Both the position numbers and the translations under genes were made by a program. 54,800 nucleotides of DNA, from the NCBI GenBank assembly GCA_033762295.1, contig JANRLW010000130.1, positions 1 through 54,800 of the forward strand. The letters run 5' to 3'. The notes under the pieces were generated by a model. The model made no database searches. It saw only the letters and a program-made list of their open reading frames with translations, and was not told the DNA's origin. The DNA is from Capsulimonadales bacterium. Its GTDB lineage: Bacteria > Armatimonadota > Armatimonadia > Armatimonadales > Armatimonadaceae. Shown in pieces: positions 39,674 to 49,684 of the stretch. How positions within the stretch are numbered: the stretch's first letter is position 1; every line of letters starts with the position of its first letter.

Positions 39674-39830
39674 GGTTCCGTACTCCTTTGATCCTTCTGC
39701 CGGTCATTGTACCGCATCCTTTAATCCGAATAAAGGAGAAACGCCGAAAAAAGCGACACGGCGCAGTGCGATGGACGACGGAGGAGGGTTTTATTCACTT
39801 TGATGGAATTATTTGCAGGAAAGGTTCATT

Positions 39831-40271
39831 ATGTCCATCGTTCAGGAATTCAAAGAGTTCGCTTCCAAGGGAAATGTCGTCGATCTCGCCGTCGGCGTCA
39901 TCCTCGGCACGGCGTTCGGGAAGATCGTTTCCTCGTTTACGGATGATATCATCATGCCTCCGCTCGGGATGGTTCTGGGCAAGGTCGATTTTTCCAGTCT
40001 GTTCATCAACCTGACCCCGGAAAAGCCGGTCAAATCCCTGACCGAAGCGAAGACCGCGGGAGCGGCGGTCCTGGGATACGGTAATTTCCTCAATCAGATC
40101 ATTAATTTTCTGATCGTCGCCTTCGCCATGTTTCTGCTGGTGAAAGGGATGAACGCCATTCGACGCCAGCAGGAAGCGCCCGCCCCGCCGCCCGAGACGC
40201 CGGAGCCGCCCGCGCAGGAGAAACTGCTCGCCGAGATCCGCGACATCCTCAAAGCGCAACCCGGGCGATAG
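39831..40271 (+). CDS. mscL: Large-conductance mechanosensitive channel
   Basis: EFKEFASKGNVVDLAVGVI..AFGKIV; LLAEIRDIL. Confidence 0.96.
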   Translation: MSIVQEFKEFASKGNVVDLAVGVILGTAFGKIVSSFTDDIIMPPLGMVLGKVDFSSLFINLTPEKPVKSLTEAKTAGAAVLGYGNFLNQIINFLIVAFAMFLLVKGMNAIRRQQEAPAPPPETPEPPAQEKLLAEIRDILKAQPGR

Positions 40272-40400
40272 TGACGCTTCGTGTGAGGGCCGAACCGGCG
40301 AATAAAGGACACCGCCCGTTTCGCGGCGAACCAACGGAAAGAAAGCCACGCCGCCACCGGGTGCGCGGCGCGGCTCCCCTGTCCGAACGAGGCTGTGTCT

Positions 40401-41336
40401 ATGGGTAGCGGTAAGGTGGCCTGTCTTGGCCTGATGGTCGCGGATATCGTCGGTCGTCCGATCGACGCGCTTCCGACGAAGGGAACGCTCGACGTCATCG
40501 AGCGGATCGAACTGCACAACGGCGGTAACGGCGCGAACACGTCGGTCGCTCTGGCGAAACTCGGAACGCCCGTCGTCGCGCTGGGTCGCGTCGGGCAGGA
40601 CGGGTTCGGAGAGTTTATCCTGTCGACGTTGAAACGCTGGGGCGTCGAGACGCAGGGCATCGGTGTCGACCCGGTGACCCCGACCGCCGCTACCATGGTG
40701 ACCGTCCATAGCGATGCCGAACGGTCGTTCCTGCACGTTCCGGGCGCGAACGCCGTCTTCACCGCCGACCATGTGGACTGGGATGCCGCCGCCGACGCGT
40801 CGTTTTTTCATGTCGCCGGTCTGGAGCTGATGACCGCGTTTGAGGGCGACGGTGTCGCCTCCGCGCTGGAGGAGGCCAAACGGCGAGGAATGACGACGAT
40901 GCTGGATACCGTCATGAACCCCCGTTCCCGCTGGTGGGATGGTCTTGCTCCCGCGATTCCCTATATCGACTGGCTGGTGCCGTCCATCGTCGAGGCCGAT
41001 AAACTGACCGGCGAGACGGTGCCCGCACGGCAGGTCGACTGGTTCCGCGCGGCCGGATCGCGCAATATCGTTATCAAGATGGGCGAAATGGGCTGTCTGG
41101 TCGCTCCGGAACATGAGACTCCGTTTCAGGTTCCGGCCTTTTCGGTCAATGCCATCGATTCCCTCGGCGCCGGAGACAGCTGGTGCGCGGGCTTTCTGAC
41201 CGGTCTCGCGCAGGGCTGGCCCCTGTTGAAAACGGTCCGGTTCGCCAATGCGGTCGGCGCGTGCTGCGTCCAGGCGCTCGGAGCATCGACAGGGATTCGC
41301 CCGATGAGCGAGACTCTGGCCATGCTGGAGGAGTGA
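40401..41336 (+). CDS. PfkB family carbohydrate kinase
   Basis: GGNGAN, VGQDGFG, DSLGAGD. Confidence 0.92.
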   Translation: MGSGKVACLGLMVADIVGRPIDALPTKGTLDVIERIELHNGGNGANTSVALAKLGTPVVALGRVGQDGFGEFILSTLKRWGVETQGIGVDPVTPTAATMVTVHSDAERSFLHVPGANAVFTADHVDWDAAADASFFHVAGLELMTAFEGDGVASALEEAKRRGMTTMLDTVMNPRSRWWDGLAPAIPYIDWLVPSIVEADKLTGETVPARQVDWFRAAGSRNIVIKMGEMGCLVAPEHETPFQVPAFSVNAIDSLGAGDSWCAGFLTGLAQGWPLLKTVRFANAVGACCVQALGASTGIRPMSETLAMLEE

Positions 41337-41407
41337 CGGAGGAAGGATATCGACAACGACGCCGTCGAACCGTATCGCATATAACGATCGAAGGGAACTC
41401 CGAATCC

Positions 41408-42262
41408 ATGAAAACCTCCCTCTGCGGCGCGGGGCTGAACGCGCGCAACCTCTCCTTTGCGGAATATATCGACCTGGCGGCGCAGAACGGCTTCAACGGC
41501 GTCGACTTCGGCATTGATCAGGCGCAGCGTGCCGTGACCGATATGGGCCGCCGCGCGCTGGAGGACTATCTCAACACGCGCAATGTCGCTCTGGCCAGCT
41601 TCGGTCTGCCGGTCGAATGGCGCAAGGACGAGGTAACCTACAACGACGGCGTGGCGCAGCTGGCGGAACGGGCCGAACTGGCGCAACAGCTCGGATGTTC
41701 GCGCTGCTGTACGTACATTCTGCCGGCGAGCGACCTGGAACCGGCCGAATGGCGGCGTCAGACGGTCCGCCGCTTTTCGGAGACCGCTCGTATCCTGTCG
41801 GATTTCGGGGTCCGGCTCGGCCTGGAATGGGTCGGGCCGCACCATCTGCGGGCAGGCGGGCAGAACGCGACCGGAAAGAACGATGTGCTGATCGATCTGG
41901 CGCAGACGCTTGACCTGATCGCCGAGATCGGGAACCCGGCCGTGGGCCTGCTCGTCGATTCCTATCATTGCCATACGACCGGGATTGGCGGCGCGGAGGT
42001 GGCCCGTCTGAACGATTCGCAGATCGTCCATGTTCATCTCAACGATGCCCGAACGGGCGTCCTGCCCGAGGATGCGCGGGACGGCGACCGGCTGTTGCCG
42101 GGCGAGGGCGTGATCGACCTGGAATCGTTCCTGGCCGGTCTGCGTTCGGCCGGATACTCCGGCTATGTCGCGGTCGAGGTACTCGCTCCCCAACCTCTGG
42201 CGGACACCCCGCAGGCGGCCGCGGCAAAACAGCGCGATTCTCTCCGCCGCTTCGGCCTGTAA
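41408..42262 (+). CDS. Sugar phosphate isomerase/epimerase (TIM barrel)
   Basis: GLE, D.YH, HVHLND, RLLPGEG, VE metal ligands. Confidence 0.88.
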   Translation: MKTSLCGAGLNARNLSFAEYIDLAAQNGFNGVDFGIDQAQRAVTDMGRRALEDYLNTRNVALASFGLPVEWRKDEVTYNDGVAQLAERAELAQQLGCSRCCTYILPASDLEPAEWRRQTVRRFSETARILSDFGVRLGLEWVGPHHLRAGGQNATGKNDVLIDLAQTLDLIAEIGNPAVGLLVDSYHCHTTGIGGAEVARLNDSQIVHVHLNDARTGVLPEDARDGDRLLPGEGVIDLESFLAGLRSAGYSGYVAVEVLAPQPLADTPQAAAAKQRDSLRRFGL

Positions 42263-42394
42263 CCATCGTCGGCATCGAAAAAGCTCGTTCGCTCCGGGAA
42301 GGAATTTTCGATCCGTTTCGCGAACCCCTGAGTGTGTTCCGAAATCGGACCGATTCCTTCTCCGCCCGCTATGGGTTCGACGGAGGCTTTTTCC

Positions 42395-43318
42395 GTGCCC
42401 CACGACCAGTTGTTCAAGGAATTATTGCGGGCGTTCTTCCGGGAGTTTCTCGAACTGTTTCTCCCGGAGGTCGCCGCTCAACTGCGTTTTGACACCGTTC
42501 GTTTTCTCGAACAGGAGGTGTTCACGGATTTCCCGGACGGTGAAGCGCGCCGCGCGGACACGCTGGCGGAAACGGAAACCCTGGGAGGCGAGGAAGAAAT
42601 CGTCCTGTTCCATGTCGAGGTGGAGCAACAGCGGCGAGCGGTCTTTCGGGCCAGGATGTGGCAGTACTACGTCCTGCTGACCGAACGAACGAAAAAACCG
42701 GTCTATCCCATCGCCGTCTATCTGTCTCCGGGCGCGGGCGGTATTGTGACGGAAACGCATACGCGGGCGGTTCTTGGCGAAACCATTGTCACCTTCCGTT
42801 ACCGAGCCGTCGGACTGCCTGACCTTTCCGCTGATGATTATCTGGCGACCGGTAATCTTCTGGGGGTGGCACTGAGTGCGACGATGCGAACGAGTCGAGT
42901 CGGTGCACTGGCGCAAAAGTGGGACGCCATCCGGACGATTCTGTTGAGTTCGCTCGACGACTCCCGGAAAATACTTCTCTCGAATGTCATCGAAACCTAC
43001 CTTATCCTCGACGAAGCGGACACGATAGAATACGAACGACGACTGCGGTCTGCGGAACCGGAGGTTCGGGAAATGATTTCGGTTTATGAGGAGCGGGCCA
43101 GAGAACGGTTCCTACATCAGGGAATCGAACAGGGAATCGAACAGGGAATCTTGATCGGGCAGCGCAACTTCGTACGGCGTTTTCTGCAGGGACGTTTCGG
43201 CCCCCTTCCGGATTCGGCGGAGGCACGGCTTCAGGCGCTGTCCGCCGAGGAATTGGATCGTCTGAGCGAACGGCTCCCGGCAGCCGATTCGCTGAGCGAA
43301 CTCGGACTGACGGATTAG
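42395..43318 (+). CDS. Rpn / YhgA-like PD-(D/E)xK nuclease with DUF4351-like C-terminus
   Basis: HDQLFKELL..FF.EFL, RADTL, HVEVE, RM..YY, GIEQGIEQG, RFGPLP..RL..LS.EEL; start 42371 or 42395. Confidence 0.88.
   Translation: MPHDQLFKELLRAFFREFLELFLPEVAAQLRFDTVRFLEQEVFTDFPDGEARRADTLAETETLGGEEEIVLFHVEVEQQRRAVFRARMWQYYVLLTERTKKPVYPIAVYLSPGAGGIVTETHTRAVLGETIVTFRYRAVGLPDLSADDYLATGNLLGVALSATMRTSRVGALAQKWDAIRTILLSSLDDSRKILLSNVIETYLILDEADTIEYERRLRSAEPEVREMISVYEERARERFLHQGIEQGIEQGILIGQRNFVRRFLQGRFGPLPDSAEARLQALSAEELDRLSERLPAADSLSELGLTD
43073..43318 (+). CDS. Predicted nested in-frame small protein (RpnS-like, 81 aa)
   Basis: GGAGG at 43060-43064, 8 nt before an in-frame ATG at the nuclease/C-terminal domain boundary. 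Confidence 0.55.
   Translation: MISVYEERARERFLHQGIEQGIEQGILIGQRNFVRRFLQGRFGPLPDSAEARLQALSAEELDRLSERLPAADSLSELGLTD
43118..43150 (+). repeat. 12-bp coding tandem repeat (cagggaatcgaa, QGIE)
   Basis: 2.75 copies visible. Confidence 0.85.
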
Positions 43319-43333
43319 TCGCGTCCAGGAGAG

Positions 43334-44458
43334 ATGATGAAGATTGCGGTGGTGGGTGTCGGCGGGACCGGCAGCGCGGCCTGTCGCCATCTGGCGAAAG
43401 CCGGTCATACGGTTATCGGTTACGAACGGTTTACTCCCGGTCATACCCGCGGCAGTTCCCATGGCGAATCCCGGATCATTCGCTATACCTACCCGGATCG
43501 CCTGTTCACCGAAATGATGGGAGACGCGTACCCCCTCTGGGACGAATTGCAGGAGGAGGCGGGCGAGGAACTGTTTGTTCGGTGCGGCGGCCTCGTTCTG
43601 GGACGACCGGACGATCCACTGGTAGCCGATAGTCGGGACGCTCTGGCCGCCGTTCGACTGCCATACGAGGAGTTGTCCCCCGCCGCCATCGCCGATCGTT
43701 TCCCGGCAATTCACCTTCGCGACGGCGAGATCGGTCTGTACCAGAAGGACAGCGGTTTCCTGCGGTCCGAACGATGCGTTCTCGCGAACGTCCGCCTGGC
43801 GCGACGCCACGGGGCGACAATCCGCGAGAATACGGAAGTCATCGAAATCGCGGCGTATGGCGATACTCCGCTCGTTCGAACCGGGGATGGCCATGAGGAG
43901 ACGTTCGACGGTGTTCTGGTGACGGCCGGCGCATGGATGGGTAAGTTGTTCCGCGACCTGCATCTGCCCCTCTCGGTGGAACGTCGACAGGTGGTCTATC
44001 TGGACATCGACCGCCACCCGGAGCGCTTTGCCCCCGATCGTTTTCCCGTCTGGATCAACACCGAACCGTTCTGGTACGGTTTCCCGACCGATGGTGTCAT
44101 CGCCGGATGCAAGCTGGCGTCCCATATCGAGGGGGATCGGGTCGATCCCGACATCGACCTGCGCCAGCCGGAGGAGAGGGCGATCGTCGATGCCGTGCGG
44201 TTCGCGCAGCACCGGTTCCCGGATCTGTCCGACCGTTGTACCGCCACTCAGGTCTGCCTCTATACCAATACGCCGAACGAGGACTTTGTTATCGACCGGG
44301 TTCCCGGTCTGCCCAACGTTTCTCTGATCAGCGGGTGTTCCGGACACGGGTTCAAGTTCACTGTGCTACTTGGCAAGATCGGGGCGGGAATGGTGACCGG
44401 GACGCCGTACGCACGAGATCTCTCTCGTTTCACACTGAAAAGTTTCCTCTCCGACTGA
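43334..44458 (+). CDS. solA: Monomeric sarcosine oxidase / N-methyltryptophan oxidase family
   Basis: GVGGTG, GSSHGESRIIR, CLYTNTP..DF.ID, CSGHGFKF. Confidence 0.85.
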   Translation: MMKIAVVGVGGTGSAACRHLAKAGHTVIGYERFTPGHTRGSSHGESRIIRYTYPDRLFTEMMGDAYPLWDELQEEAGEELFVRCGGLVLGRPDDPLVADSRDALAAVRLPYEELSPAAIADRFPAIHLRDGEIGLYQKDSGFLRSERCVLANVRLARRHGATIRENTEVIEIAAYGDTPLVRTGDGHEETFDGVLVTAGAWMGKLFRDLHLPLSVERRQVVYLDIDRHPERFAPDRFPVWINTEPFWYGFPTDGVIAGCKLASHIEGDRVDPDIDLRQPEERAIVDAVRFAQHRFPDLSDRCTATQVCLYTNTPNEDFVIDRVPGLPNVSLISGCSGHGFKFTVLLGKIGAGMVTGTPYARDLSRFTLKSFLSD

Positions 44459-44544
44459 ATCGCCTTTTCCGTTTCGGGGCGGTCGCACGATAGAATACGT
44501 GGTAACCTTCCGGTCCGCCAAGCCGGAGAAACGGTGATTTCGTT

Positions 44545-46449
44545 ATGATGCGCTTTGGCGGGGGCCCTCCCCCGAAACCCCTGAAACCGGAGACGCCCCG
44601 CCGGGTTCTGACCGCCTTTCGACCTTATACCGGCCAGTTGATCCTGATCGCCGTTGGTGTGCTGATTTCCGCAGGTCTTGGCCTTCTATCGCCGATCTTC
44701 CTCCGAAATATCATCGATGACGGGTTGCAGGCCAATAATCTGTCGGTCGTCACCCGATATTCCGTCTATACGGTACTGGCGACGATCGGCAGCACCGTCT
44801 TCGGCCTGATGTACGGTTATGTGTCGGTTCTGGTCGGTCAACGCATCCTGCGGGATCTGAGAGAGCGTCTTTTCGATCATCTGCAGGGGATGAGCCTGCG
44901 CTTTTTCACGTCGGCGCGGACCGGGGAGATCCAGTCGCGTCTCCTTGCCGACGTCGGTGGGGTTCAGGGAGTTCTGTCCGACACGGTCGCGAACATTCTG
45001 AACAATGTCACCACCGTACTGTCCACGCTGATCGCCATGATCATCATCGACTGGCGTCTGACGCTGGTGTCGGTCGCCGCTCTCCCCCTGTTCGCTTTCG
45101 TGGCCGCGCAGGTCGGGAACTATGCCGGGGGAATCCGTCGCATCGGTTCCGAACAGACGGCCGACCTGAACTCGACCATGCAGGAGACGCTTTCGGTATC
45201 CGGCGCGCTGCTGACGAAAACGTCCGGTCGGCAGGCGTTGACCATGTCCCGTTTCATCAAGGAGAACGGCCTCCTGATGGGAACGCAGATCAAGGGCGCG
45301 ATGATCGGACGGTACTTCTTCAATCTGATCGGTCTGACGTTCTCGCTGACACCGGTCCTGGTATATTATGCGGCCGGGTACTTCAAGATCGCGCAAAACG
45401 ATCCGCACCTGACCATCGGCGTCATCGCTGCGTTTACGTCGCTGCAGGCGCGACTCTTCTTTCCCCTGACCAGCCTTCTCAGCATTCAGGTGGAAGTTAT
45501 GTCGGCGATGGCGCTTTTCGATCGCATTTTCGAGTACCTCGACATGCCGCAGGAGATTACGGACGCGCCGGACGCGATCTCCCTCGCGCCGCAAGACGTA
45601 CGCGGCGAGGTGGTCTTCGAAAACGTTTCGTTCCGCTACGACTCCGCGCAGGAAAGGCCGACCCTGAGCGACATCTCGTTCACGGCAAAGCCGGGGGAAC
45701 TGGTCGCCCTGGTCGGGCCGAGCGGCGCGGGGAAGACGACCCTGACCTACTTTATTCCTCGCCTGTACGATCCCGAATCCGGTCGGATCACGATCGACGG
45801 CATCGATGTCCGGAAGCTGCGTCTCTCGTCGCTGGCCCAGGCGGTTGGCGTGGTGACGCAGGAAACGTACCTGGTTCATGACACGATCCGGGAAAACCTG
45901 CGCTACGGACGCCCGGATGCCACCGACGAGGAGCTTGTCGAGGCGGCGAAGGCGGCAGCGATTCACGACCATATCGCCTCCCTGCCCGAGGGGTACGACA
46001 CGGTTGTGGGTGAGCGCGGTTACAAACTATCGGGTGGGGAAAAACAGCGCATCGCCATCGCCCGCGCCATTTTGAAGAATCCGCGTATTCTGGTGCTGGA
46101 CGAGGCGACCTCGGCCCTGGATACGCGTTCCGAGCGGCTCATTCAGGAGGCCCTTGCCCGATTATCGGTGGGTCGTACGACGTTCGCCATCGCGCACCGG
46201 TTGTCAACGATCCTGTCCGCCGACCGGATACTGGTGCTGGAGGACGGACGGATCGTCGAACGGGGCACGCACGCAGAGTTGATCGCCGGCGGCGGCATCT
46301 ACGCCAAACTGTACGCGGCGCAGTTCGCCGCCGAGCGGGCCGACGATTTCGCTCCGGGAAACGGTCGCGTTACGGAACCGGAGCCGGTAACGGGTGCGAC
46401 CGCTCTCCCCGAAACGGGGTCGGCTCCGTCGGTTCAGTCGATCCGGTAG
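44545..46449 (+). CDS. ABC exporter, fused permease/ATPase
   Basis: TM domain, GPSGAGKT, LSGGEKQR, LDEATSALD. Confidence 0.95.
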   Translation: MMRFGGGPPPKPLKPETPRRVLTAFRPYTGQLILIAVGVLISAGLGLLSPIFLRNIIDDGLQANNLSVVTRYSVYTVLATIGSTVFGLMYGYVSVLVGQRILRDLRERLFDHLQGMSLRFFTSARTGEIQSRLLADVGGVQGVLSDTVANILNNVTTVLSTLIAMIIIDWRLTLVSVAALPLFAFVAAQVGNYAGGIRRIGSEQTADLNSTMQETLSVSGALLTKTSGRQALTMSRFIKENGLLMGTQIKGAMIGRYFFNLIGLTFSLTPVLVYYAAGYFKIAQNDPHLTIGVIAAFTSLQARLFFPLTSLLSIQVEVMSAMALFDRIFEYLDMPQEITDAPDAISLAPQDVRGEVVFENVSFRYDSAQERPTLSDISFTAKPGELVALVGPSGAGKTTLTYFIPRLYDPESGRITIDGIDVRKLRLSSLAQAVGVVTQETYLVHDTIRENLRYGRPDATDEELVEAAKAAAIHDHIASLPEGYDTVVGERGYKLSGGEKQRIAIARAILKNPRILVLDEATSALDTRSERLIQEALARLSVGRTTFAIAHRLSTILSADRILVLEDGRIVERGTHAELIAGGGIYAKLYAAQFAAERADDFAPGNGRVTEPEPVTGATALPETGSAPSVQSIR

Positions 46450-47564
46450 CGATCGACCATCGTTTCGTCGAGTTCGATACCGAGTCCGGGCGCGTCAGGC
46501 ACGGTGACATGACCGTCGACGGCCCGGAGCGGTTCTTTCAGGACACCGGTTCCGGTCAGACCGACGGCAAGCGGCGATTCGGAGACGGTGTATTCCAGCA
46601 GGTTCGCGTTCGGTTGCGACGCCACCCAGTGCAGGCTGGCCGCCAGCAACACGCCGGTGCTGAAGGCATGGGGTACGCAGGGTTTATTGCGCTGATGAGC
46701 CATGTGCGCGATCCGGCGTGCCTCGGTCAGACCTCCGGCCCGCGCCATATCCACCTGTACGATATCGATCCCGCCACGGTCGATCAGGTCGCGGAAGCCA
46801 TGTGTGGTCGACTCCTCCTCCCCCGCCGCGATCGGCACGGTCACCGCCGCCGTCAACTGCCCGTAGCCGTCGATATCATCCGGCGGTAACGGTTCCTCCA
46901 TCCAGAAGAGGTTGAACTCCTCGAAACGTCGCGCACGAGCGATCGCCGTGCGGGCGTCCCAGCAGATGCCGATATCCACCATGAAATCGTTCTCGTCGCC
47001 GAATCCGCGGCGGGCGGCGGCGAGAAGCGCCACGTCGTCGGCTTCGGACTTCCCCAGCGGTCCCCAGCCGAATTTCAGAGCGGTGAAACCGGCGTCCCGC
47101 AGTTCGGCGGCGCGACGTTCCGCATCGTCCGGGGTATCGGGCATCAGGTCGGAGGCGTAGGCGCGTACCCGGCGGCGGTAGATCCCACCGAGCAGCTGGC
47201 AGACCGGCAATCCGGTCGCCTTACCGAGGATATCCCAGAGTGCGATATCCGCCGCGCTGATCGCCTGAATCGCCGCGCCACGCCGCCCGAAGTAGATGGT
47301 TCCCCGGTACATCTTCTCCCAGAGCCTTTCGACATCGCGCGGGTCTTCGCCCAGGAGAAGCTGTCGGAGGCCGCAGGACAGCGTATGCGAAAACGGAGCG
47401 TCGAAGATCGCCCGCATCACTTCCGGCGAGGAGTCGGCTTCGCCCACGCCTATAAGACCGTTATCGGTATGGATTCGAACCAGAAAAGCGTCCTGTGTCC
47501 CGTTGCATTCGGCCTCGATCGACGGCAACCGCAGGATGAGTGTTTCAACATCGGTGATTTTCAT
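46434..47564 (-). CDS. Mandelate racemase / enolase superfamily protein
   Basis: DIALWDI.GK, VD, WMEEP, GE, PH, PGLG. Confidence 0.92.
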   Translation of the reverse strand: MKITDVETLILRLPSIEAECNGTQDAFLVRIHTDNGLIGVGEADSSPEVMRAIFDAPFSHTLSCGLRQLLLGEDPRDVERLWEKMYRGTIYFGRRGAAIQAISAADIALWDILGKATGLPVCQLLGGIYRRRVRAYASDLMPDTPDDAERRAAELRDAGFTALKFGWGPLGKSEADDVALLAAARRGFGDENDFMVDIGICWDARTAIARARRFEEFNLFWMEEPLPPDDIDGYGQLTAAVTVPIAAGEEESTTHGFRDLIDRGGIDIVQVDMARAGGLTEARRIAHMAHQRNKPCVPHAFSTGVLLAASLHWVASQPNANLLEYTVSESPLAVGLTGTGVLKEPLRAVDGHVTVPDAPGLGIELDETMVDRYRID

Positions 47565-47911
47565 GGGTTTGTTTCCTGATCTGTTTCCCGGCAGAAACCC
47601 GCCTGTTTCTACGGTACGGAATATTTTCGCCTGAAGGACGAAATCTCCTTTTCCGCAAACGCTTTAGATTGTCAAATCATTCGGGTTTGTCAGCTTTTTG
47701 TTCGGAATGTTTCCGGAAAACTTTCCGAAATCCGGAACCTTTAATGTCAAATTTAACGATAAACGTGGTAGGTTAATCATTGAACCGGATGCGGAACCGG
47801 TAGGGCCGCCGGTCGTTTGCGGGACCGTTTCGCCGATAATCAAAGGAGAGGTGCGTTTGCCGGCCACCGTCGCCCTGCCGAAGAAACGCCCCGGATCTCC
47901 GGCTCGGACAC

Positions 47912-47941
47912 TTGACGACAGCCACGCTTCCACTTTATGAT
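47912..47941 (+). promoter_or_regulatory. Possible sigma70 promoter of the higA-like gene
   Basis: TTGACG-18 nt-TATGAT. Confidence 0.45.
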
Positions 47942-47981
47942 GGAGCATGCGCTGTTGTTTGGAAAGCGATTTTTGACGCCT

Positions 47982-48410
47982 ATGAACACCGGAACCATTT
48001 TGGAAGCCGCGATGTTGAGCGGCCGGGAAGCGGGGGATGCGCCCCATCCGGGTCAGATCCTGGCAAAGGAATTTATGCGCCCTGCCGGCCTGACGATCGA
48101 GGAGATGGCGCAGGATATCGGATTCCCGGTCGCCTGGCTCGAACGCATCATTTGCGGGGAGCGTCGCGTCTCCTACATGACCGCTTTGCGTCTCGGCGGG
48201 TATTTCCATACCACGCCCCAATTCTGGCTGGACCTGCAGGAGCGGTATGACGCCGCGCAGACGGCGGTCGAAACGATCGTGTTTGCGGACGAGGAGACCT
48301 GCCGGTGCTCGTCCTTGCCCTGTACCGGAATCGGGCCGGGTATGGACGCCGCCTCGGTACGTCAGTTGTTCTCCCCGCTGCCGCGTAAGGTTCCTTTTCC
48401 CGTCAGCTGA
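47982..48410 (+). CDS. HigA-like HTH antitoxin/regulator
   Basis: HPGQILAKEF..P.GLT, RRVS..TALRL..YF.TTPQFWLDLQ..YD; start could be 47937 or 48012. Confidence 0.85.
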   Translation: MNTGTILEAAMLSGREAGDAPHPGQILAKEFMRPAGLTIEEMAQDIGFPVAWLERIICGERRVSYMTALRLGGYFHTTPQFWLDLQERYDAAQTAVETIVFADEETCRCSSLPCTGIGPGMDAASVRQLFSPLPRKVPFPVS

Positions 48411-48517
48411 ACGGCTTGCCCGGAAAAACCTACCTGGGGAATCTGCCGGATCGTTTTGGGGTACGGGACGACGCGGTGCCGAAGACGATATAATGCCCCC
48501 GGAGAGGATACCGACAC

Positions 48518-49489
48518 ATGCGAGTGATTCTGGCGGCCCCCCGGGGCTTCTGCGCGGGCGTGGACCGGGCGATCGATATCGTGGAGATGGCGCTGGAGGT
48601 TTACGGACCTCCGATCTATGTCCGGCACGAAATCATTCACAATGAACATGTCGTCGGTCGTCTGCGCGACAAGGGCGCGATCTTCACGGATTTCCTCACC
48701 GATGTCCCGTCGGGCAGCCACCTGATCTTCTCCGCTCACGGTGTCTCCCCCGCCGTCCGACGGGAAGCGGCGGATCGCCATCTGAAGGTGATCGACGCCA
48801 CCTGCCCCCTGGTCACCAAAATCCACCTGGAAGTGCACAAATATCTCAAGCGCGGCTACGGTATCTTCTACATCGGTCATCGCGGCCATGTGGAAACTGA
48901 AGGCACCCTCGGCGAAGCGCCGGATCGGTTGATTCTGATTACCACCGAGGAGGAGGTCGCGACGCTGCCGGAACCGACGGAAGAGAAACTGATCTACCTG
49001 ACGCAGACCACGCTTTCCATCGATGAGACACAGGGGATCGTTGACGCTCTGAAACGCCGTTTTCCCCGGTTGGAGACCCCGCCGACCGACGATATCTGCT
49101 ACGCCACCCAGAACCGGCAGGACGCGGTCAAGGTGCTGGCCCGACGGGCGGACACCATCCTGGTCGTCGGTTCGCACACCTCCTCCAACTCGCGCAGCCT
49201 GCGCCAGGTTGCGGCGGCCTATGGCGCGCGCGCCTTCCTGATCGACGATCGTCACAGCCTCACCGACGAGATGCTGACCGACGCCGAAACCGTGGGAGTG
49301 ACCGCCGGTGCGTCGGCCCCTGAGGACGTCGTCCAGGGTGTTCTCACCGCCCTGCAGGAGCGGGGCGCAACCGAGATCGAGGAGTTCGTTCTGCTGAAGG
49401 AGGACATGGAGTTCCGTGTCCCGCCCGGACTGGTAGAACTTTACCGCGGCAAACGCTCCGACTCGTCGGTCGCTCCCTCCGTCCCCTGA
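48518..49489 (+). CDS. ispH: 4-hydroxy-3-methylbut-2-enyl diphosphate reductase
   Basis: PRGFCAGV, IIHN, SAHG, DATCPLV, ICYATQNRQ, SSNS, TAGASAP. Confidence 0.97.
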   Translation: MRVILAAPRGFCAGVDRAIDIVEMALEVYGPPIYVRHEIIHNEHVVGRLRDKGAIFTDFLTDVPSGSHLIFSAHGVSPAVRREAADRHLKVIDATCPLVTKIHLEVHKYLKRGYGIFYIGHRGHVETEGTLGEAPDRLILITTEEEVATLPEPTEEKLIYLTQTTLSIDETQGIVDALKRRFPRLETPPTDDICYATQNRQDAVKVLARRADTILVVGSHTSSNSRSLRQVAAAYGARAFLIDDRHSLTDEMLTDAETVGVTAGASAPEDVVQGVLTALQERGATEIEEFVLLKEDMEFRVPPGLVELYRGKRSDSSVAPSVP

Positions 49490-49684
49490 CCCGTCCCCCT
49501 CCCGATGTGGACACGCTCTCTCCGTCGGGAGTCGTATCCCGAACGGACGTCTTCTCGGACCGGAGACCGAGAGGAAACCGTTCGTACGCCCGATTCGCCC
49601 GATTCCTTTTCGCCGTATCCTTGGGGTGCTCTGCGGTTCGCCCGAAGGAACCCGCAACGGACCCGAAACGGAAAGGCAATCTTT

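Noticed and set aside
47698..47940. 80-aa ORF as the HigB toxin
   Set aside because: No RelE/HigB-like features and a TTG start without an RBS.
35613..48410. A single defence island made of the McrC-like, Uma2, Rpn and HigA genes
   Set aside because: They are scattered among metabolic genes with no integrase, boundary or compositional shift.
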